This document shows, piece after piece, positions 6,117 through 10,631 of a DNA stretch of 10,631 nt. The number at the start of each line of letters is the position of its first letter. Within the stretch, counting starts at the first letter, position 1. This DNA comes from Nostocaceae cyanobacterium (GTDB lineage: Bacteria > Cyanobacteriota > Cyanobacteriia > Cyanobacteriales > Nostocaceae). The position numbers and the translations under genes were made by a program. The notes under the pieces were generated by a model, which made no database searches, had not been told where the DNA came from, and saw nothing but the letters and a program-made list of their open reading frames with translations. The stretch lies in NCBI GenBank assembly GCA_051861145.1, contig JBHYDF010000259.1:1-10631 (forward strand). The letters run 5' to 3'.

Positions 6117-8972
6117 ATGAACAACAAGGACAAGACAACAGACAATTGTCCACAAACGCAGCAACAAGGAAACTTTTCTACTGAGTTTTTACTCCAGATA
6201 ATTAATGCTACATCTGACCCGATTTTTGTCAAAGACCGCCAACACCGTTGGGTAATGCTTAATGATGCCTTCTGTTGCTTTATAGGGTATAGCCGAAAAG
6301 AATTAATTGGCAAGTCAGATTATGACTTCTTCCCAAAGGCAGAAGCTGATATGTTTTGGGAAAAAGATGAATTGGTTTTCACCACAGGCATTACTAATGA
6401 AAATGAAGAATTTTTTACCGATGCTCAAGGGGAAAAAACCGTCATATCTACCAAAAAATACTTATTGACGGATGAGTTTGGTAATCAATTTCTCGTGGGA
6501 ACTATTCGAGATATACAAGCCGAAACAGCTTTGAAAAATAGTGAAAGAAAGTATCGCGACCTGGTTGAAACTTCCCAAGATTTGATTTGGTCTATAGATA
6601 AATCAGGATACTTGACCTTTGTCAATCAGGCAGTCAAAAATATTTACGGTTATGAACCAGAGGAATTAATTGGTCAGCACATTAGTAAGTTAGAGTTACC
6701 TGAACAAATTCAGCAACATAAAGAATATTTTCAACAATTTGTAGTAGCAGAGAGCGTATTTCATTACGAAGCAATTCATCTTGCGAAGGATGGTAGACAA
6801 CTGAATATGTTGTTCAATGGCATAATACAACGGGACGAAGCCGGAAATATTTTAGGTACAACAGGCACAGCTACTAACATTACAGAACGCAAACAAGCAG
6901 AGGCAGAACTTAAGGCTTCGCAAAAAAGACTAGCACTATTGATTGAACAAACACCTTTATGTGTAATTGAATGGAATACCAAATTTGAGATTCAGGAATG
7001 GAATCCTGCGGCTGAAAGAATATTTGGATATAGCAAAGATGAAGTGCTGGGTCGTACTTTTGATTTTATCGTTCCTGAAAGTGCTAAAGAACAAGTCAAA
7101 CAGGTAAGCATTGATTTGCTAACACAACAAGGAGGAAATATAAGTGTAAACTATAACAGAACTAAAGATGCTAGAACGATTATTTGTGAATGGCACAATA
7201 GCCCATTAGTAGACGTTGATGGACAACTAATTGGTGTTGTTTCCATGATGCTTGACATCACAGAGCGCAAGCAAGCAGAAGAAAAACTGCAAAAACAAGA
7301 GCAATTCCTTCGCACTGTCTTTGACGGAACAGAAAATCCCATATTTGTCTTTGATGTTCTAGAAAATGGTGAATTTCGTTATGTTGGTTGGAACGCGGCG
7401 GCTGAAAGAGCCACGGGTATAAGTAGTAAACAAGTAATTGGTAATACACAAGAGTTTGTACATGGTGGAAATGAATTTACACCAGCACGTCAGAGCTTGA
7501 TAAAATGTCTAGAAACAGGTAAATCTATAACCTACGAAGAGTATTTTACTTTCCAAGGGCAACAAAGTTGGTGGCTTACGACAATTAATCCTCTCAAAGA
7601 TATTGAGGGCAGAATTTATCGCATAGTTGCTACTACCTTTAATATTAGCGATCGCAAAAGGGTAGAAGAACAGTTACAACAGCAAGAGCAATTTTTACGC
7701 AGTATTTACGATGGTGTAGAGCAACTGATATTTGTAGTTGATGTCCTGGAAAATGGAGATTTTTGTTATGCTGGTTGGAACTCTCCTACAGAAAATTTAA
7801 CAGGCATCAGTGGCACCGAGGTAGTGGGTAAATCTCCAGAGGATGTACATGGTGAGGTACAAGCAAAAGACATACGTGAGAAATATACAAGATGCGTAGC
7901 AACAGCTAAATCCTTCACCTTTGAAGAATACCTAAATTTCCAAGGTCAAGAAATTTGGTTGCTGACTACGCTTAATCCTTTAAAAGATGATTTGGGTAAA
8001 GTCTATCGCATTGTTGGTACAACCTTTGATATTAGCGATCGCAAAAGGGCAGAAATTAAGTTAAAACAGCAAACACAAAACCTAGAAAAAGCACTGCAAG
8101 AACTGCAACAGGCACAATTGCAACTGATCCAAAGTGAAAAAATGTCTAGTTTGGGTCAATTAGTAGCAGGTGTTGCCCATGAAATTAATAACCCTACAAG
8201 TTTCATCTTTGGTAATCTCGCCTACGCCGATCAATACATCAAAGATTTACTAGGACTGCTACAACTTTACCAGCAATATTATCCCAATCCTGTACCAGAA
8301 ATACAAGCACAAATAAAAGCCATTGACCTAGATTTCTTAATAGAAGACTTGCCGAAACTGCTTAACTCCATGAAGATGGGAACAGAACGTATTCGCCAAA
8401 TAGTGCTTTCGTTGCGAACTTTTTCCCGCATGGATGAAGCCGAGACGAAAGCGGTAAATATCCATGAGGGTATTGATAGTACACTGATGATTTTAGAACA
8501 TCGACTCAAAGACCAAGGCGATCGCAGAGCGATCGAGGTGATTAAAGAATACGGTAACTTACCTCTAGTGGAGTGCTACGCCGGACAACTCAATCAAGTG
8601 TTTATGAATATTCTGGCAAATGCTATTGATGCTTTTGATGAGTCATTAGTCATTGGTCATTCGTCATTGGTACAGGACAAAGGACAAATGACTAATGACA
8701 AAGGACAAATTCACATTCGCACAGAGGTAATTGAGCCAAATCAAGTATCAATTCGTATTGCTGACAATGGACCAGGAATACCAGAGGAAGTAAAGCAACG
8801 TCTATTTGACCCCTTCTTTACTACTAAATCTGTCGGTAAAGGTACGGGGATGGGGCTTTCTATTAGCTACCAAATTATTACGGAAAAACATGGTGGCTCT
8901 TTGGAATGTATTTCCCAGTTAGGAAGCGGTGCTGAATTTGTAATCACTATCCCTTTGCGGCAACAAAAATAA
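6117..8972 (+). CDS. Multi-PAS sensor histidine kinase with 4 PAS/PAC modules, a HisKA domain and a HATPase_c domain, and no transmembrane segment.
   Basis: PAS modules recur with a 126-129 aa period. Each ends with the linker I-T/S-E/D-RK-Q/R-AE, found at nucleotides 6879, 7257, 7644 and 8031. The H-box is SEKMSSLGQLVAGVAHEINNPTSF, the N-box NQVFMNILANAIDAF, the G1 box IADNGPGIP and the G2 box GKGTGMGLSISYQII. The ORF track start GTG 6072 gives an odd MGVCIGG leader. The ATG at 6117 (MNNKDKTT) is preferred. Confidence 0.85.
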   Translation: MNNKDKTTDNCPQTQQQGNFSTEFLLQIINATSDPIFVKDRQHRWVMLNDAFCCFIGYSRKELIGKSDYDFFPKAEADMFWEKDELVFTTGITNENEEFFTDAQGEKTVISTKKYLLTDEFGNQFLVGTIRDIQAETALKNSERKYRDLVETSQDLIWSIDKSGYLTFVNQAVKNIYGYEPEELIGQHISKLELPEQIQQHKEYFQQFVVAESVFHYEAIHLAKDGRQLNMLFNGIIQRDEAGNILGTTGTATNITERKQAEAELKASQKRLALLIEQTPLCVIEWNTKFEIQEWNPAAERIFGYSKDEVLGRTFDFIVPESAKEQVKQVSIDLLTQQGGNISVNYNRTKDARTIICEWHNSPLVDVDGQLIGVVSMMLDITERKQAEEKLQKQEQFLRTVFDGTENPIFVFDVLENGEFRYVGWNAAAERATGISSKQVIGNTQEFVHGGNEFTPARQSLIKCLETGKSITYEEYFTFQGQQSWWLTTINPLKDIEGRIYRIVATTFNISDRKRVEEQLQQQEQFLRSIYDGVEQLIFVVDVLENGDFCYAGWNSPTENLTGISGTEVVGKSPEDVHGEVQAKDIREKYTRCVATAKSFTFEEYLNFQGQEIWLLTTLNPLKDDLGKVYRIVGTTFDISDRKRAEIKLKQQTQNLEKALQELQQAQLQLIQSEKMSSLGQLVAGVAHEINNPTSFIFGNLAYADQYIKDLLGLLQLYQQYYPNPVPEIQAQIKAIDLDFLIEDLPKLLNSMKMGTERIRQIVLSLRTFSRMDEAETKAVNIHEGIDSTLMILEHRLKDQGDRRAIEVIKEYGNLPLVECYAGQLNQVFMNILANAIDAFDESLVIGHSSLVQDKGQMTNDKGQIHIRTEVIEPNQVSIRIADNGPGIPEEVKQRLFDPFFTTKSVGKGTGMGLSISYQIITEKHGGSLECISQLGSGAEFVITIPLRQQK
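8642..8710 (+). repeat. In-frame heptamer repeats inside the histidine-kinase CDS: (GTCATTN)x4, a 6-nt spacer, then (GACAAAK/GACTAAT)x5.
   Basis: Units GTCATTA, GTCATTG, GTCATTC and GTCATTG lie at 8642-8669. After the spacer GTACAG come GACAAAG, GACAAAT, GACTAAT, GACAAAG and GACAAAT at 8676-8710. The 69 nt encode LVIGHSSLVQDKGQMTNDKGQI, which sits between the N-box and G1 box of the HATPase domain. Both unit families match the 5' intergenic STRRs at 1-112. Confidence 0.85.
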
Positions 8973-9324
8973 AGTATTTACCATCAATACCTTTTTTGTT
9001 TCCTGATTTACGTTGGTAATAGTTTGGAAAACATCAAAATATAATAGTTGTTATTAAGATTTTTTTAAATCATAAACCTGGTTTCTGAAAAGACTAATTC
9101 TATATTTACCAATTGTGGTGAAAAAACCGGTTTCTTGTAGTTGAGGTACAAAAATTTATGTCTTTACCGTAACAACAATTGAGTTTTGGGATATTTTTTA
9201 ACGCAGAGGTACGCGGAGTTTTAATTAGAAATTTTATTTATGTAAAATGCAAAATAACACTATTTAAGAGTTTATTAATACGGTTTTATGGCTATGATTA
9301 ATTATCTTTTATGTGACAGTTTCA

Positions 9325-9352
9325 TTCAAATGAATTATAGTTGAGATATAAT
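9325..9352 (+). promoter_or_regulatory. Putative sigma-70-type promoter: -35-like TTCAAA, a 16-bp spacer, -10 TATAAT. A small palindrome TTCATtcaaATGAA overlaps the -35.
   Basis: The TATAAT at 9347-9352 lies 44 nt upstream of the STAS gene ATG, in an AT-rich region where chance matches are frequent. Confidence 0.25.
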
Positions 9353-9395
9353 AGGCGATTTAGAGGAAACTTACACCAGCAACTACTAAGTTTTT

Positions 9396-9722
9396 ATGAG
9401 CCAATCTGTACAAGTCATTCAACCAAGCGGAATTTTAGATGCAACAAAATCACAAGAGTTTCGGCAAAAAATTACTGATACTCTAGAAACTGGTACAAAA
9501 ATTGTATTAGTGGATTTTAAAGATGTAACATTTATGGATAGTTCTGGTTTAGGCGCTCTAGTGTTAGCTTTCAAAACACTGCGAGCAGCTGATAGTAAGT
9601 TGTTTGTCTGTTCAATTAATGAGCAAGTCAGGATATTATTTGAATTGACTGGTATGGATAAGATATTTGATATTTTCCCCAATCAAGAAGAATTTAATCA
9701 AGCTGTAAATAGTTTGAAATAA
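9396..9722 (+). CDS. STAS-domain anti-sigma-factor antagonist (SpoIIAA/RsbV-like), single domain, 108 aa.
   Basis: ATG start. The canonical motif FMDSSGLGALV carries the phosphorylatable Ser of the DSSG motif. The overall fold signature (VLVDFKDVTFMDSSGLGALVLAFKTLRAADSKLFVCSINEQVRILFELTGMDKIF) matches anti-anti-sigma factors. Confidence 0.85.
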   Translation: MSQSVQVIQPSGILDATKSQEFRQKITDTLETGTKIVLVDFKDVTFMDSSGLGALVLAFKTLRAADSKLFVCSINEQVRILFELTGMDKIFDIFPNQEEFNQAVNSLK

Positions 9723-9896
9723 ATATTAAAGAAACATGATGCTTACAGCAAAATTCATTTGTTTAAACCACAATTTTTCGTAAGGGCGGGTTTAGTTAAT
9801 ATCCTTTTGGCTTTAGTTAGAGATTGAAACAAAACCCGCTCCTACTTGTGTCTATACAAATATAGTACTTTTGGTTTTAATGAGGTACACGCTTCG

Positions 9897-9933
9897 GGGC
9901 AATTCATGAATTGCCCCTACAAATGTCTGTATT
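9897..9933. repeat. Copy 2 of the dispersed palindromic motif: a 20-bp perfect palindrome GGGCAATTCATGAATTGCCC followed by CTACAAATGTCTGTATT.
   Basis: It shares the core GGCAATTCATGAATTGCC-N-CTACAAAT-N-TCTGT with the copy at 4347-4381. It lies 175 nt after the STAS stop codon. Confidence 0.7.
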
Positions 9934-10232
9934 TCATTCAATTGAAAACCGCTATAATTGTCTAATATAAATTAACTGACATCTTGCACCCAACGGGAGA
10001 GCCCAACGGGAGAGCCAGTTAAGTGGGCGCGCTCAACCCGCCGTTTGTCCTAAGAGGACACGCTATGCGCTTAGGCGCACGCTTCGCGAACGCGAACTTT
10101 AAGAGGTCTCACCAGTTGCCGCTTGTTGGGAAACCCGCCGTTTGTCCTAAGAGGACACGCTACGCGAACAGCACGCTTACTCACCATTCTCAATAATCCT
10201 AAAATTTAGCCCTGAATTAAAATTCGGGCTGT

Positions 10233-10260
10233 GTAGAGACGTGCCATGGCACGTCTCTAC
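10233..10260. repeat. 28-bp perfect palindrome GTAGAGACGTGCCATGGCACGTCTCTAC, centred on CCATGG.
   Basis: The two 13-nt arms are exactly reverse-complementary around a central AT. The GTAGAGACG half-site recurs at 10311 and, reverse-complemented, at 10514. Confidence 0.9.
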
Positions 10261-10388
10261 ATTGGTTAAAAACCGACTGGCTTTTGAATTTAAACCCATT
10301 TTAATGGGTTGTAGAGACGCGAAATTCTCGCTGTGCGCGTTGCGGTGAGACCAGCGCTGTTCGCGTAGCGTGTCCCCTTGGGACATAG

Positions 10389-10506
10389 GAGGGTTTCCCT
10401 CCGCAGGCGACTGGCGAACCCGGAGGGGGGTTTCCCCCGTTGTAGCGACTGGTGAGACCAGCGCTGCGGGAGGGTTTCCCTCCGCAGGCGACTGGCGAAC
10501 CCGAAG
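10389..10506. repeat. Two copies of a 37-bp direct repeat with an 81-bp period. Each copy contains the hairpin GAGGG-TTT-CCCTC.
   Basis: The copies are identical except for one G/A difference at the penultimate position. A GGGGGG-TTT-CCCCC hairpin and an ACTGGTGAGACC block lie between them. Confidence 0.85.
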
Positions 10507-10631
10507 GGCGTCGCGTCTCTACATAGCCCGAAATTTATTTCAGGGCTTTTTGCAATTAGTGCAAGATGTCTGTTAACGGGACTTAGACAAAAATTAAGCC
10601 CAAATGAAGCCCAAACTAGCTTTATAAGCGG

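Larger units (their letters stand above)
9976..10574. repeat. GC-rich composite island of nested inverted and direct repeats, possibly nested small dispersed repeats, MITEs or a structured RNA. It is bracketed by a 12-bp inverted repeat.
   Basis: The bracketing inverted repeat is GACATCTTGCAC (9978-9989) paired with GTGCAAGATGTC (10559-10570). Internal components:
- direct repeat CCCAACGGGAGAGC x2 (9989-10016);
- direct repeat AACCCGCCGTTTGTCCTAAGAGGACACGCTA at 10035-10065 and 10132-10162;
- 20-bp perfect inverted repeat GGACACGCTACGCGAACAGC at 10153-10172 and 10356-10375;
- 34-bp imperfect inverted repeat (31 of 34) at 10208-10241 and 10514-10547;
- 12-bp inverted repeat GTAGAGACGCGA at 10311-10322 and 10511-10522;
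- 16-bp direct repeat GGTGAGACCAGCGCTG at 10345 and 10451;
- 37-bp direct repeat GAGGGTTTCCCTCCGCAGGCGACTGGCGAACCCGRAG at 10389-10425 and 10470-10506.
No credible ORF is present. Confidence 0.7.

Noticed and set aside
5910-6167. An 85-aa minus-strand ORF upstream of and overlapping the histidine-kinase start.
   Set aside because: It lies in an AT-rich promoter region. The Cys/Leu-rich low-complexity translation is a likely artefact of AT-rich sequence.
9784-9843. A CRISPR-repeat-like sequence (GTTTAGTTAATATCC...GCTTTAGTTAGAGATTGAAAC) inside an imperfect stem of GGCGGGTTT paired with AAACCCGCT.
   Set aside because: There is only one copy and no regular repeat-spacer periodicity, so it is not an array. 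It may be a stem-loop in the 3' UTR of the STAS gene, or a degenerate orphan repeat.
10177-10576. Two small ORFs, one minus-strand at 10177-10386 and one plus-strand at 10370-10576, inside the GC-rich repeat island.
   Set aside because: The + strand ORF translates the 37-bp direct repeat twice (GGFPSAGDWRTRR x2), which is a signature of repeat DNA rather than protein. Neither ORF has a recognisable domain.
9976-10631. A retron (msr-msd with a1/a2 repeats) or a DGR template/variable repeat pair.
   Set aside because: No reverse-transcriptase ORF is present in or next to the island within the window. The 37-bp direct repeats are far shorter than DGR template and variable repeats, and they differ by a single G-to-A change. 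This cannot be excluded without the sequence beyond 10631.
9723-10631. Known housekeeping ncRNAs: tmRNA, RNase P RNA, SRP RNA, 6S RNA and tRNAs.
   Set aside because: None of the hallmark conserved boxes is present, including a tRNA-like 3' end with GGUUCGAUUCC, the RNase P P4 or GNRA motifs, and the SRP domain IV sequence.

Overview
This window is a co-directional (+ strand) signal-transduction neighbourhood, most likely from a filamentous Nostocales-type cyanobacterium. The lineage call rests on three things seen in the sequence: an AT-rich backbone, many HIP1 octamers (GCGATCGC at ~1268, 2261, 5107, 5879, 7649, 8039, 8517 and 8529), and heptamer short tandem repeats (STRR). Five genes are supported:
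- a non-RD Hanks-type Ser/Thr kinase fused to a C-terminal GUN4-like domain;
- a flotillin/SPFH-like membrane protein whose N-terminus carries four tandem hairpin-repeat units, including a recent 219-bp in-gene duplication;
- an FHA-domain Ser/Thr kinase;
- a 4xPAS sensor histidine kinase;
- a single-domain STAS anti-sigma-factor antagonist.
The non-coding DNA is unusually structured:
- heptamer STRRs at the 5' edge;
- a 179-bp G-run/C-run palindromic element with perfect 19-bp terminal inverted repeats;
- a 35-bp palindromic motif found downstream of two genes;
- a ~600-bp GC-rich island at the 3' end built from nested inverted and direct repeats.
The most striking single observation is that the two heptamer families in the 5' intergenic STRR (CATTGGG and GACAAAT) recur, in the same order and in-frame, inside the ATP-binding domain of the histidine kinase. 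No rRNA, tRNA, CRISPR array or transposase ORF is evident.
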